Shown here one piece after another: positions 24,264-38,152 of a DNA stretch of 64,000 bases. Origin of the DNA: Hydrolagus colliei. Its lineage: Eukaryota. Position 1 is the stretch's first letter, and every line of letters starts with the position of its first letter. Under the pieces are notes generated by a model. That model made no database searches, was not told where the DNA came from, and saw nothing but the letters and a program-made list of their open reading frames with translations. Location: NCBI GenBank assembly GCA_035084275.1, contig CM068742.1, positions 74,524,001 to 74,588,000 of the forward strand, given 5' to 3'. The position numbers were made by a program, and so were the translations under genes.

Positions 24264-25485
24264 TGTTCTATTCCATTCACCTGAAAGATACAGCATTCTA
24301 GAGACAGCAATTATTGAAGCAATTATTCTTAGAAAAGGCCCATTTTGACCCATCTGATTAACCTTAGTACTCAGATACAGGCAACATGAACCAATCCTTC
24401 ACTACCAACGAATAGGAAAAGTAATGGGATGTTTTGTTTTATTTAGCTCAAATCCAAGTCAGGTGTTTGGGTTGTTAAAATTAAAGCAAGTCTAATTCTG
24501 ATTTTTTAGTCTTACCCACTGTAAGCTCATGAGTTACAGTACTTTGTTTTTTTAGCACAAGTTTCATATTCGTGGCAAATAGACTTTCGGTTTCTGCTAT
24601 TGTAAATCTGTGTTACATAAATGTACTTTACTGTTCTTATATTAATAAAAACACTTTAATAATCCTCATTTAATGAAAGTAGCAAATACATCAATATAAT
24701 TTGCCTTTTGATATTACTTTTCCCCCGAAGGCTATCAAACCACTGGGAAATGAGGGATTAGTGCATCGCACTGGAACATTGAGCTATCCTATTTAAACAA
24801 TAATTTCTATATACACATAATTTGTGTGTGGGTGTTCTTTACTTTGATGTACAAGACGATGGATGAATACATTAGACTCTTCAATAGTTAAAAGTGTAAG
24901 GAAAAGTCACTCACCTTTTATTAAGAAACAATGCACAATTTTAACTACACAATTGCTGAGAATAATTTTTACTTTCATTCACAGTTGCACTTTCATGCTT
25001 TTTAAAAAATTATTCTTTTCATGATTGGCTTGTGATAAATTCAGCATATTTTTGTTTTTTAAAATCTGATGCTCATTTGCACCCAGGATTTTCATAGTTT
25101 TGGCATGATTTAAAGTGATTAAACCTCTTTCATTAAGCTATCAAATTGTTGTATCGTAGGTTGTAAATAAACTTAAGCAATAAATCACGGGAATTAAAGC
25201 TAGAAGGGGTTTGGGTACAGGGTGAGGCAGTGGGATGAAAGCACAGCTTGCTTTGAGAGCATGTGTAGATGTGATGGGCCAAATAGCCTCCTTCTGTGTA
25301 AATTTCTATGATTCTATGAATCAATGCCAAAATTCGTGCAGATTGTCTTTATTGTATTACCACAGAAATGATAAAATAATCAACAACTATTGTTTCTATC
25401 CAACAATCTATTGTTATTAGTTAATAGTTCCTGAGTTAACTCTTATAACATTCGCTTTGTTTCCAATCAATCTTGTTCTCTAGAG

Positions 25486-25780
25486 CAGTGGTTCTCAACC
25501 TTCAGCAATATACCCCTTGTTAATTTTCAACATTATTGTGTACCATCACCCAACCACATAAACACCACCACTCTCATTCCACACATTTTATGATCAAGCT
25601 TTTCATATATAACAAAATAACTAGCACATACAAAACGAAGGGGATAACAATTAAATATACAATTTGGAAGGCTATAAAACGCTAACGAAGAGAGCTAAAT
25701 AAATCAATATACCGCCATCTGTACCCCCTGGATGTAATTTTGTACCCTGGGGTACATATACCCCTGGTTGAGAACCGCTG
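25486..25780. mobile_element. hAT-Charlie-like MITE
   Basis: TIR cagtggttctcaacc / ggttgagaaccgctg; TSD ctctagag / ctctggag. Confidence 0.9.
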
Positions 25781-26408
25781 CTCTGGAGCACTTTGAGATG
25801 GTACTTTTAGGTGATATATATACTACGTAAACATAAAATTGTGGTTTGCCTGGGAAGAAGAGAATGCTAAATTTATACTATTTTTATCTAGTTCAATCGA
25901 TATGAAACTCAGGCTTTGGATGGGACAAGACCTGAAAAGATAAAACCCAGCCAGACTTAGATAACACAATACTTAAGCACTAGTTACAAGCTACAGATCA
26001 TGGTATTCAAATACAGTGGGCGTGTGATTATGCTAACTACACCCACATAGCTGCAAGTTAGTCCTTGCCACAGACTATGGTGCTCAAATAAAGGGTTTTG
26101 TGATGATCTAACTACACCCACCTAGCTGGCTGCTTATGCTAGCTACAAGCTACTAGGAAAAAAAGCATAATAGTTCTCAAAATACTTTTGTTTCATTAAT
26201 AGTTGGAAAATAACTTACATACAATCTATACATTATACATTTCATTTATACCTATCTTCTATGTAGGACTCTGTAGGATGTCATTGCCCACAAAATATAT
26301 AGCCAATTCATTTTATAGTATATTCTGTGAAGCGCTTTGAGACATCTAGAAGACATGAAATGCACTATATCAAATCCAAGGATTTTATTGTTATTACTGC
26401 ACTGTATA

Positions 26409-27110
26409 TCTATATACTAATAAAACAACAATGTCTGCTTGTGTATTTGTCTGCACTTCAAGAGGGATCTCAATAAACGATTGACATAGAGACATGATTT
26501 GCAAATGGGACTGATGTGGGTTTATATGTTTTGGGTATCTCCTATTGTTCATGAGATATGACCTAAAATGTATTTCAGTTATGTTTTACTCAATGCAGTT
26601 AAACATGGTGGCTACCGAGTCAAAGTAGTGCTATAGGCATCGCGTGTCATTGTATGTATCCAAGTGGTGACGGGAACAAAATAAAGAAGACAGAAAAAGC
26701 TGAGTCACGGCAGCAACAACAACAAAATTACGTTTTTAAAGTGCATTTCACATCGAGAGGATGTCCTGTTGATTATAACTTAGACATTATAAAAATACCT
26801 ACATGAAAATCAAACCTTTCCAGGATAAGTAAAAATACTAGACAAAAGAGAGAGAGAAGGCTCATTAAATGAAACTGAAGAACAAAGAACAGTGAGGCTA
26901 CACATCAATGCTGAAAGAATTGCCAACAGCGCATCACAATGAGTTGTCCACTCAAAGGACAGCACAGCCAAAAATGAATCTTTCCACAGGAGTCTTCTCA
27001 GATGAGTATATCTAAAGATGAAATATTTGTCTGTGTGACTGTCTGTGTGTCAATCTTCATTCCATATTGGATCCATTGGTTGCAAGCATAGCTGCAACGG
27101 TTATACAACA
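26409..27110 (+). mobile_element. Probable Helitron remnant
   Basis: A|TCTATATACTAATAAAA start followed by tgtctg-type motifs; NETEEQRTVRL peptide at 26868-26900. Confidence 0.5.
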
Positions 27111-28282
27111 ACAACAACAAAATTGCACTTGTATAGTGCCTTTCACGTCAGGAGGACGTTCCAGAGCGCTGGCGTATATATAAATATACTGACCCACCCG
27201 CTTGGCTCAATCAGTAAATCAGCAAATCCGTAAATGAGGCCAGGATCCTTTCCGATTGGCTCCTGTTAATCGTAATGGTAGAATGGTCCTAGCTGGACAA
27301 GCGATGGGAAGCTTGACAGACACTGAGGAGCAATAGGTTTTGCTGATTAGGAACATGTGTTATCCTCGGTTGCTGGTAATAACCTCCTGTGAGTTGAGTC
27401 TGAGGAGACCAATGATTGGTTGATTGGCCGGAGTTTTCAGTTCAGGAAATTTGGATCCAGAACCTCTTGATTTGGCTGAGGGCCATTTGATTTTTGCTTG
27501 TCACTAACAGGGGATATTTCCCATGAATTGTGTGCCAGTTGATTACAAAGTGCGCAGCTTCTGTCTTGCACTTTGGGTTCTGCCCTTGGCAATGATCCAA
27601 CTCTACAATTGTACCTCGTCTTTGATCTCGTCTTAAAATTTAAAAAATTGCTCAGAACTGCGTGAGCTCTTTGATTCGATCTTAATTTGAATTTGTTTTT
27701 CCAAAGCTTTTAATACGACTAGCTTTCAAATTAAGACTAAATTTAAGATTCTGTGCTGTCTTAAACTATAAGACAAAATGGTCTTACTTGCTAAGGCAAA
27801 GTGACATTTTGAGCTTTCTGCAAGAGCTCCCTGTGTGGTCGTGACTCTAGGAGATAGATCTACATCCAAGTACTGCTGTTTAGCAAATAAATCACCATCA
27901 CCCTGTAGCACCAATTTACTTTTACTGTAATGTTCAACATGAGGGACAATTGTTCACCATCAAAACCTACTGCCAGGGGAAATGAAAGACGAACTTGTAT
28001 TTTTTTCAGGAGCATGCATTTTTATAGCACCGATGGCATTGAAACATCTCAATTTGCTTCGCAGTAATTACTGTCACATCTAATGACAGAGAGAAAATGC
28101 AGCAGCTATTTTGTACACAGGAGAGTTCAGAGTTCCACAAACATCCACAAAGTTACGGATCAATTAATGTGGAGGATTATCAGCAAAAACACAAGGAGAA
28201 ATTTCCTTTTATTTTTCAATAGTGCAAGGGATCCTTAACTTCTAGTAGAGGTAGACAGGACCTCAGTTTAACATAATAATAT

Positions 28283-28588
28283 TATTATTGATAATAATAA
28301 TCCTTGCATTTGATATAATGCTTTTCAGGTCTTCTAGACGTCTCAAAGCGCTACATAGAATATATATGAAGTGAATTGACTATACATTTGTGGATGAAAC
28401 GGGCAGACAATTGTGCATAGCAATATCCCACAAACAGTCGTAGATTGAAGTCACCAATTTTTTTTGGAGGGATTATTATCAGGCGTGTGGAGTAAGGAAA
28501 CTTGCCCAAGGTTTCTCCCTGCCAGGAATCGAATGCAGGTCCCTCGCTTGTGAGGCAATTGCTCTAATCACTGACCTACAGGACTCCA
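28283..28588 (-). mobile_element. Younger SINE inserted in an older Deu-SINE (host ~28000-28720)
   Basis: Host motif 'cctcagtttaaca|tctcatccaaa' is split around the insertion. Confidence 0.8.
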
Positions 28589-29719
28589 TATCTCATCCAA
28601 ATGTCAAATTCAATGCTCTCCCAAAACTGCATGGAGTATTTGTGTAGTTTATGATTTAAAAATCTTATATGCGTCTTGAATCCACAATCTTCAGATCCAG
28701 AGGTTAACTGAGCCAGGCTGAGAAATGAAACAGTCTGAGTGAAAGCAGAAATTGTTTATTCTCACTATTTGTAAGAACAACTACTGTACTTTGACTAGCA
28801 ATCAAACCACTTTCAGATTTTGTTCTGTAATGTGTGAGAAAAACATTACATTTGATCTGTTATTACCATGAGGTCGACCCATTGTGCACCGATGGCTAAG
28901 AATAGTGTTTGCTTTGTTGTGTGCTGATAATGGAATTTCATGTCATAAACGTGTAATGAATAGAACAACGGTGACAACCATTACAGACAGCAAGTGATAG
29001 ACTCTTTTGTGATTGTTGATAAGTAAATTGAACAAGGTATTTTGGGGTTTTGAGGTCTATTTTTTCATGGTTTGCTGCAATGCCAGTTCGTGCAACGATT
29101 GCTAATAATAGTCATTGCTTTGTTGTGGGTTGATAATGAGATGTCATATTATATACATGTAATGAATAGCCACTAGCATATGATAGACCTCTGTGATGTG
29201 ATTTGTTTATAAGTAAATTGAAATTTAGCAGTGAATTGCCATCACGACCGAAATCCTCTCTTTGGTTCCCTGACGTCTCTGTGCTGTCGGCACGCAGCAA
29301 AAACAAAGAAAAATACCTCTAAGTTATTGGCAAAAAGATCACGATTATTTACTGCAGTGCCTTGGAGACTTTGCTCGCTTTGCACTATGCCGCTGTTGAC
29401 CTGGTTAAAGCAACAAATAATTCAGCAATTTTTCCATCTACCTCCTTCCACTGTGGACAACAACAGCTTTGAACATCCTTTCAAATTTGATATGAAATAA
29501 ATCAAGCTTACTGATTCTTTGACTGAAATTGTCATTGAAAATTGTTTGACTCTTCTGTGTACAGAATAGAGTGCATACTTTTACTGATAGTTACATCTAC
29601 TTAATCCTGGTAAGCAATCCTCTTGCTTACCATCCACCCTCTAGAGTTTCTTTATGCTTATGCTTTTTTTTCTTTCTCATTCTGTAAATTCCTCTGGTTC
29701 TATCCATTTTTCTTTCTCT

Positions 29720-30430
29720 CTTTATTGAGGTTTTTATAATAATGAAGAGATTCGATCGGGTAGACAGAGAAACTATTTCCTCTGGTGGGGGAATCCAGAA
29801 CAAGGAGGCATAATCTTAAAATTAGAGATAGGCTGTTTAGGAGTGAGACCACGAGGCAGTTTTTCACCCAATGGATTGTGGAAATCATAGAATCATAGAA
29901 TTTTACGGCACAAAAGGAGGCCATTTGGCCCATTGAGTCTGTGCAGGCTCTTTAAAAAGAGCAATTTAATCCCACTCCCCAGCTCTCTCCCCATATCCGT
30001 GTAAACCCATCCTCCCCAAATAAATGTCTACCTCTCTTTTAATGACATGATGGGATGAATGGCCTCCTTTTTTCTGTAAATTTCCTCTGTTAGGTATCCA
30101 GAGATATGAGACATGATCTTATAGAATGGTGGAACAGGTTTGAGGTACTGAATGCCCCACTCCTGTTCCTATGTTTATATTCTAAATATTTAACAGTTAT
30201 CAACGGCAACCCGTGAGAAAAAGAAGAATCTTGGCATACCTGGCATTTAACCCAAAAAAGATTAAATTAAAAAAATTCTGCACAATCTTGAATTTCACGA
30301 CAATAGTCTTAAGACCGAAACAATGAGAAAAAGCTTTTGATAAGGTGCTATATTGCTTCTGAAGGAGCCAGCATGACATGATGAGATGAATGGTCTTCTT
30401 TTTTCTGTAAATTCCTCTGGTTCTATGTAA
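29720..30430. mobile_element. Cluster of CR1 3'-end fragments in both orientations
   Basis: 'gacagagaaactatttcctctggtgggg' (+), 'atcatagaatcatagaa...ggaggccatttggccc' (-), repeated 'gatgaatggcctcc...ctgtaaatt' tails. Confidence 0.75.
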
Positions 30431-31189
30431 AAGATATCACTGGCTGTGTTTTCAATCTCTTGCATAGAGTAACATTGAGTATCACCCATACATCATTTAT
30501 ATCCAGTTGCTCAAAAGTGACTGAAGGGCTGTTTGTTTTGGGGAAAAATGAAGAACATTGTCTTTGACTCTTTTCAGTAAGAACATTTTATATTTCACAA
30601 CCAGAAATACATTTGAAGTAAGATCACAAAACCTGAAAGCAATAAAGTAGCAGAGATGCAAATAATACATCAACCTCAGGTACTCGACAGCCTTTAAAAT
30701 AGGTCGAGGTCGGAAGTCAAGAACTTTGTCCAATCAACTTCACAATCTGTACAAGCCTTGCGTACTGGTAGACAGTCTGATGTTGAAACTGCTGGAGAAT
30801 CAAGTGCAGGGTCCTCTTCTTCAAAGGATTGTCACTTGAGCTGAAAAAGGATGAAGAGCAACATAATTAAAGATGGAGGAGAGAGGGCATCTGAACTTTT
30901 ATTACAACTGCTTTTTTTAGTCAGTATTCTCTCTCAGTGCCTAGCAACTGACATGACTGCATAAATACAATATCATTTGGCTTCTTCACTAATCTGTATA
31001 ACACGGCGTATTTTGCAAGATGGAACTGTTTTTTTTGTCAAATTAATATGCTTATGTCTGGATTAGTTGTCGGTCTATATTTTTTTGATATGACAAATTC
31101 TGCTTGTAGCTCACAAATCTTTTCAACAATGATACATACAAACAAAAATTGGGCAGTTGCTTTTTTTGTGTAAATGTCTTGCTCATCAC

Positions 31190-31528
31190 GGAGCTCCTGT
31201 GGCTCAATGGTTAGAGCACTTGTCTTGAAAGCTGGGGAGACCAAGCTGGGGAGACCTGTGTTCGAATCCAGGCAGGTCAGGGCGAAACCTTGGGCAAGTT
31301 TCCTTACTCCACATGCCTAATAATAATCCCTCAAAAAAAAAACACAATAATAAAATTGGTCATTTCAATCCATGACTGTGTGTGGGACACTGCTGTGCGC
31401 AATTGGCTGCTGCGATTTGCCCACAAATATATACAGTCAATTCACTTTACAGTATATTCTGTGAAACGCTTTGAGACGTTGATAAGATGTGAAAAGCGCT
31501 ATATCAAATGCAAGGATTATTATTATAA
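31190..31528 (+). mobile_element. Younger tRNA-derived Deu-type SINE (reference copy)
   Basis: A box tggctcaatgg, B box gttcgaatcc, core tgtgggacactgctgtgcgcaattggctgc, tail gaaaagcgctatatcaaatgcaaggattattatta. Confidence 0.9.
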
Positions 31529-34500
31529 TTGATGGATATTATTGCTGAGAAATACAACACTTTGCAATTCAGGATATCCAGTGTCAGAATACAGCAGCAA
31601 AACCAGCGAGCACATTGGGGGCAAAGCAGTATAGTTAGATGCAGCACAAAACTGTCTACATATGAAATATAAAAAGATATATTAAAATGTGGTATTAGCA
31701 GAATGAGACAAGTCATTATGATGGAAATGGTTGTCGTAGTTGACACTCAGGAAAAGTAAACAAAGTCTGTACATAAGTAGTGTGAGAAAAATAGAAATTA
31801 GTAAGCTTAATTGGAGATTACAGGAATAACGGCCTCAAGAGAGAAAGCAGGAGTGATAATAACCATGGAAGATAAAATATGGAGAGTTGGCTTTCTTCAT
31901 TGACTGAGTAGGTAAAGGAATAAGAAAGCTACTGGTCAGTGGTGAGTCAGTTAATATTACCCTTGGTAGTTTGAACCCCATCCCAACTGGGGACAAACTC
32001 CTCGGAAAATTTATTTCCAAATTAAATAGTGCAAAAGGTGACATAAATACCCTCTATTCCTTTCTACTCCACGTATGCATTCAATCCCTTCTTAAATACA
32101 TTGAAATTCTTTGTTCAACCACAGTTTCCTGCAGTAAGTTTTACATTCTCACCGCATAAAAGTTCCTCCTTAATTACCTTTTAGATCTGCTTGAGGGCAG
32201 GTTTTGGCTGAGCTATTATACATATGTAGATGAATGGCCAACACTTACTGAAGAACTCACATGTGGGTAATGTCCTTTCAAACACAACTGGTCAGAACTG
32301 ACAAGAGGGGAACCACACCATGCAAAAGTGAAAAGAAACCAAATGCCTTCAGGGGGAGAGGATGGAGAGAGGGCAGTAAAGTTGGCAGAAAAATCAAAAA
32401 GCACTTGTTTTCATTTGGCCAGTGCATTGAAGCGCATCAGCAATCAATACATTCTAAACCTTTGGTGCTAGGGCGAAGGATTTTGTCTTTTCTGCATGAA
32501 CTATGTAACTGCTGCATTGGCACTGGGAATAGCAATTTTATCACAGCTGTTCCTGGACTAACTTCAGTAGATATGATTTGTCTTGCTTTTACTGCTGGAA
32601 GCACAGAGAGAATGTCCAGGCGGAGAGCAACGCAGAGCCAGATTTATACTTCATGATCCTTCTCGGCTGGGAATGAGCAGAGATCTCCACATGTGCTTGA
32701 TTCAGTCATCATGAGTTAAGTTTTTTCGGTGTTATTAAAGAGATGGTAATCCGATTACCTAACTACCTATCTAACCTTGATAATCCAGCATGGATTGGGC
32801 CCACTCACCTCCCGTATTTCGGAGTTGGCTGGTGTTTAGAAATCTACTTAGAAATGGCTGGAGAAATGCTGTTGCATACACCACAACAACAACAACTTAG
32901 ATTTATGTAGCTCCCTCCATGTCGGATGACGTCTCAGAGCACTTTGTTGCTGTAAACACGGCACTGAAGCCAAACAATGAGAAGTAAAAGAGAGGTAGAC
33001 ATTTATTTGGGGAGGACGGGTTTACGAGGTTATGGAGAGAGAGATGGGGAGTGGGATTAAATTGCACTTTTTAAAATGGCAAATTTTAATTTGAAATTGT
33101 CATTTGACGTGACCACAGTGGCGACGCCAGGAGCTACAATCCCGGCTTTAAGGAGTTGCCGGCTTTCAGAATGTCGGATTATCGACGTTCTACTGTATTA
33201 ATATATCTTGGACATCCATTAAGATACTCAAGACGGTTTAATGCACAATTTAAGAGCAGGATTGGAATTGATTCTGCCCACCCTTTGCATTACAGAAGTG
33301 ACACGTGTGTGCGTCTGTAACCATCTGGTGATGGTGTTCTTGTCAGTCAGGCTGCAGAGCAATTTCCTTCCATATTGTGCCACTGAACCCCAATTTGTGC
33401 TGCACTTCTAAACACAGCACTGACTGGCACACATTCATAAAGAGTTTGCTCCATCTATCTAATCGATTGTATAACACCTTCCTCCAATACCATTAGCCTG
33501 AATTAACTCCACTTTGCTCTCACAGGTACACTGTACAGATTTTTCAACTGTTCACTCACTCACGTTTGTCTCTGGGTTGGCCTATACATATAGTAACTCC
33601 ATGTGATTGTAACTACCTACAAAGTGCTTTAAGACATTCTGATAGGATAATGCATTATGTAAATGCAAGTTTGTTTCCTTCTTTTTCCCTTTTTTTTTCT
33701 CTCTCTCTGTCTTGTTTCTTTCTCTTCCTCTCTTGCAGCTCCCTGTGTACAAAGCTAAACCTTTGTTTTTAGGTTTAACTTTGTGCACAGCTATTCATAA
33801 GGTATAAGTTAAACAGGTTGTGCACAGCAGGCAGCTGAATTGGCACCTCATGTTGCAAGATCACGGTATAGTGCTATGATTCTGATTTTCCCTCGATTGT
33901 GCTCCTGATCTCAATCTGATTGATGTAAAGAAACCCACCTGCCATTTGTAGGCACAGACACTGAATGGTCATGGGACCTGTGAGAAACTAGGAGAATTTA
34001 ATTGAATTCTAATCTCGTGACAAAAATCGTATATATTTTACGACCTTTTCCATTCTGTTATTTTGTCCTCTTAATATTTTACCTCTACGATGACTTGCTT
34101 GGCATTGGAATGTTCAAATCAAGCCACCCCTCTGTGGCAGCCTTGGTAGTGCCCTTCCTGAGCCAGGCAGGCTGCAGACCAGCCAGTTGTCCATCAGCTC
34201 AACTTGAAGGGGCAGACTTGACTCTGTGCTGGGAGCAGGGGATTCTTCGGCTCTTGTTAAACCTGCAAGCTAAACTCCTAATCAGTAAGATGCTCTTGTC
34301 AGAAGCTTGTCAGACAGTGCTCTCAATGGCAGGCTGTGTGGCTTTAGCTGGTTAAACTCCAGCAGTATCCCAAAACAATCTCTGGGGTTCCCAACCTTTG
34401 ATTCTTGTCAACCTACGTCTAATACTCTCCATAATTAGGTAAGCGGAATGCGTACATTCAACTAGGGAGTGCGCATTCCATCCAGACATTGGGAAATTTC

Positions 34501-37019
34501 CATGTGTGGGTGGAATGCATATGTGGAACTCTCAGTCTGGATTGGATACTGATGAAATCCAAATTGATATCACGCTATGGGCAATTCCTGGCACATGTAC
34601 AGCACACAAGAAGAGGCGTCAATGTCACCCTGACAACGCAGAAGTCAGACATTTATTCGCATGGACCGCTGGCTGGTCAGTGCTGTAAATTGAGAGGACT
34701 CTTATGGTGCAGGTTCACAGTAGACAATTAAGTTAATCCATACTCAACAGGGGTGACTTACAAGGTTGCCCATTTGTAACAGAGTTTCCGTGTTTCCGTG
34801 CATCAGTGTGATGTACTTCTGGTTATGGGAAGAAACCCAATTTGCTTCACGTGAATTCCTCACGAAGGAATGAATCCATTCAAAAACGTACTGCAAATTA
34901 GATCCCGATAGCAACAGAGATATAACAAGGTAGGTTTTAATGACTATTATTAATGGTAGATTATTAATGGTAATGTTCAAGGATCTGATCACAATCTGAG
35001 AAGAGGAGTGATATCAGCTGTCTCACTGTTAACACACAGAGAGATTATAATTATATGCTCTGCTGTGGGAGATCTGCATCTCGAATAAGCAAAAAGCCAC
35101 ATCCTCTGTCCTTCGGGGATAGTAGACAAGAAAGTACGGGTTGAATGATTCATTATCTGTATCTTGGAAATGCATTGAGAGTAAATTACGGGATTTTATT
35201 GTAATGGACTCTGGATGTTGGCTGTTGGGTGAGCCTGCTTAGATGCTGCCGTAGAATTGACAAGGTGAAGAGGGTTTAGAGTGGAAAGTGTCCCTGGTAT
35301 TGTATTGGAATGGGGGCAGAGCCTGTGTCACTGAGGGGGGCTGAACAAACCCATTACTCTCGCTGAGGGCCGCTGAAATCTCTCTCTTGCTCTCTCTGTG
35401 TAGGGCCCCAGATATCTTTCTCTCTCGTTCTCTCTTACTCTCTTTCTCTGATGTTCCAGGTAGGAGTCCCCAGCCCAAGAGAGCCAAGTAACAGACCTAA
35501 GTGGGACCTCTTTGGAGCTGAACTGGCTCCAAGGTGACATGTTTGCACCATCGGCAGGACCATGAAAGGGCAGATGAGTCACCAGGAGCATCGAGTCATC
35601 CCATTCTGCTCCTGTTAACCCTGCAAGTCAAAGCCCTAACAGATAGGATGGTCCTAGCTGGGCAAGCAGTGGGAAAGCAAACATATGCAGTCATAACTGG
35701 TTTAGACTCCAGCAGTGGCCCAACACACATTCTGGGCTCCCCAAGCCTTGAATCTTGTCAACCCGCACCTAATGCTTTCCAGAATTAGGTAAGCAGGATG
35801 CGTCCCTCCAGGGAGAGAGTGCGCATTTCACTCCATCAACCCATCTCTGGGATATTCATGTGTTGGTGGGATGCATGGAATAATATCAGCTTGGTTTGAA
35901 CACCCTGAAGCACGGTAATGGGTTTCCGTGTGTGTCAGACACCGAGTTGAGCAATAAATATCTTTTTTTAAACTGCAATTTTTCAACCAAGCATGTATGA
36001 GCACGTCAATATCTATCTGGTTCAGATGGTCATTGGTTACAATATTGTACAATACAAACCCGGGAACCTGCCCTCATAACTAATGATTCTGTACGCTTTC
36101 CAATTCACTAACTTCTCAGTGAACATTTCACTATGCCACCTTGACATCATCATTTAATGCCAATTACCAATTGCTGATAAGCTTGTCTGATTGCTTTTGC
36201 AAACATGAAAGCTTACCTGAGTGCCTATATCACAGCAGTAGTAATTTGTGGCATTCCTTACAGTTGACTTACATTAAACGGATTTTGTGCTGTGTCACTC
36301 AGAACACTACCTGGTTTTATCTGTTCTGAACTTCCTGCTGAGAACTCAAAGTGCTGAAGGGAGAACTGTGCGTCATAAAAACACTGTATGATGGAACTCG
36401 TCAAGATGGGTATTAAAAATGGGTATCAGAAAGTTGCAGAAAGGATACAAACAAACTGTTCTGAATGGATAAATAACCACAGTCAACCCAAAGCAGAAAA
36501 AGATATCTCTCCCCAGCATCTCTCCCCAGAGTAGATGTGAAAAGCGCAATATCAAATGCAAAGACTATTATTATTATTTTGAGTTATACTGATATTCCGC
36601 CCACCCCTGCCGTAAAATCAACAACAGCTTCGGCACAACTGCAGAAATGCTGGATGTGTACACAAATACATAGATACAGACATACAAACATACATACACA
36701 CAAACACACAAAGGAAGCTGTACTTGTTCAATTCATACATACTGAACCACACATTATTCTGCAGATTCAAAAATATAACACATCTGCCCCAACAGCTTTT
36801 AAAAATTGCATAATATTTATTTATTTACCTATTAATATACCTATTTGTTCCTCAGTGAAGTGTATGCTGTATGTTGGTACAATACATCTGTTCCCACTAG
36901 CTATATTTATCTGTTACAGGAGTGCGAGTGTGTGAGGAAAATGCGAGCAAAATGTACGAAATTTTGCATGCCCTCTGAAATCCAGTCTACTTCAGGTGAC
37001 ATCAAACCTATTGTTTGGG

Positions 37020-37500
37020 TATTTTAAGATAAAAAACTATCACCCTGGCCTATCACCTCCATCCCTCCGTTCTACTGACTCCCTATTCCCCCAGACGATC
37101 GAGTTCAAGATCCTTGTCTTCAATATTAAAGCCCTCCACAATCTTACCCCACCCTACCTCGGTGACTTGCTAAAACCTTACCAAACCACTTGCTTCCTCC
37201 CCTTGGCAGGCACTAGCTGCTCCATGTCCCCAGCCTGCCCACACAGGTCAGGCCTTCAGCCTTTCTAAGCTGGAACTCCATCTCTGAGTCCCTTCATCTC
37301 GTCCTTCCCTTGCTTCTTCAAGGTCCAATTCAAAGTCTTCCTTTTTGACCCTACCTTCCGTCATTTCCCAACCCCCAAATCCCTGTTGAATACAACCCCC
37401 AGCTCAGATGCAAACCGTTGACTGTCCAGATCCTTGGGACGTCCCTCCAACATAAAAGGCACTGCTGTACTGTATATAAATGCAATGATTGGTTGTTGTA
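37020..37500 (+). mobile_element. L2-type LINE 3' remnant
   Basis: Peptide IEFKILVF..KALHNLTPPYLGDLL; tail 'tataaatgcaatgattggttgttg'. Confidence 0.75.
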
Positions 37501-37810
37501 CTAGATGTGTTATGTATTTTAATTTTAAAGTTGAATATGAACTTAATAATTAATATTATTATTATTATGAACGTAAATTCTGTTACTTCTGAATTATTTT
37601 GTTGGTAGAGAATTGCATACAATTTGTAGCAAGAAAGGTTTTTTTTGGAATATTGCAGTTATGCGTTACAGTGTCAAAGATTAACCTGGTCATGCCTTTG
37701 GTATGGCTATGTTATTCATGTCTGTGCATCATATTCTGTTCACATGATAACATAATCCATCAGCACTTGTTTGCTACCACCGACATGATGAACTGAATGG
37801 CCTTCTTCTA

Positions 37811-38152
37811 TGGATTCCTGTAGCTCAGTGGTGAGAGCATTCACTCGCAGGCAAGAGACTTGGGTTTGATTCCCGACATGGCAAAATGTTGGAGTTTCCT
37901 TACTCCATATGCCTCTGTTTATCTAGCAGGAACTAGGAACCCAGATATTAGTCAATTGGAACTTTTTGGGGGGCAATAATTCCTTCAAATAATAATAATA
38001 ATAATTTGGTCTTTTAATCCACAACTGTTTGTGGGACACTACTGTGTACAATTGACTGCCGCACTTCATCCACAAAACATACAGTGAATTCACTTACAGT
38101 ATATTCTGGTGTGATAAGGCATGATATCAAATGCAAGAATTATTATTATTAT
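37811..38152 (+). mobile_element. Deu-type SINE
   Basis: Head 'tcctgtagctcagtggtgagagc', Deu-like core, (TTA)n tail. Confidence 0.85.

Noticed and set aside
31190-31275. tRNA gene-like A/B boxes here and at the other SINE heads
   Set aside because: Each continues into the SINE body and tail; no intact cloverleaf seen
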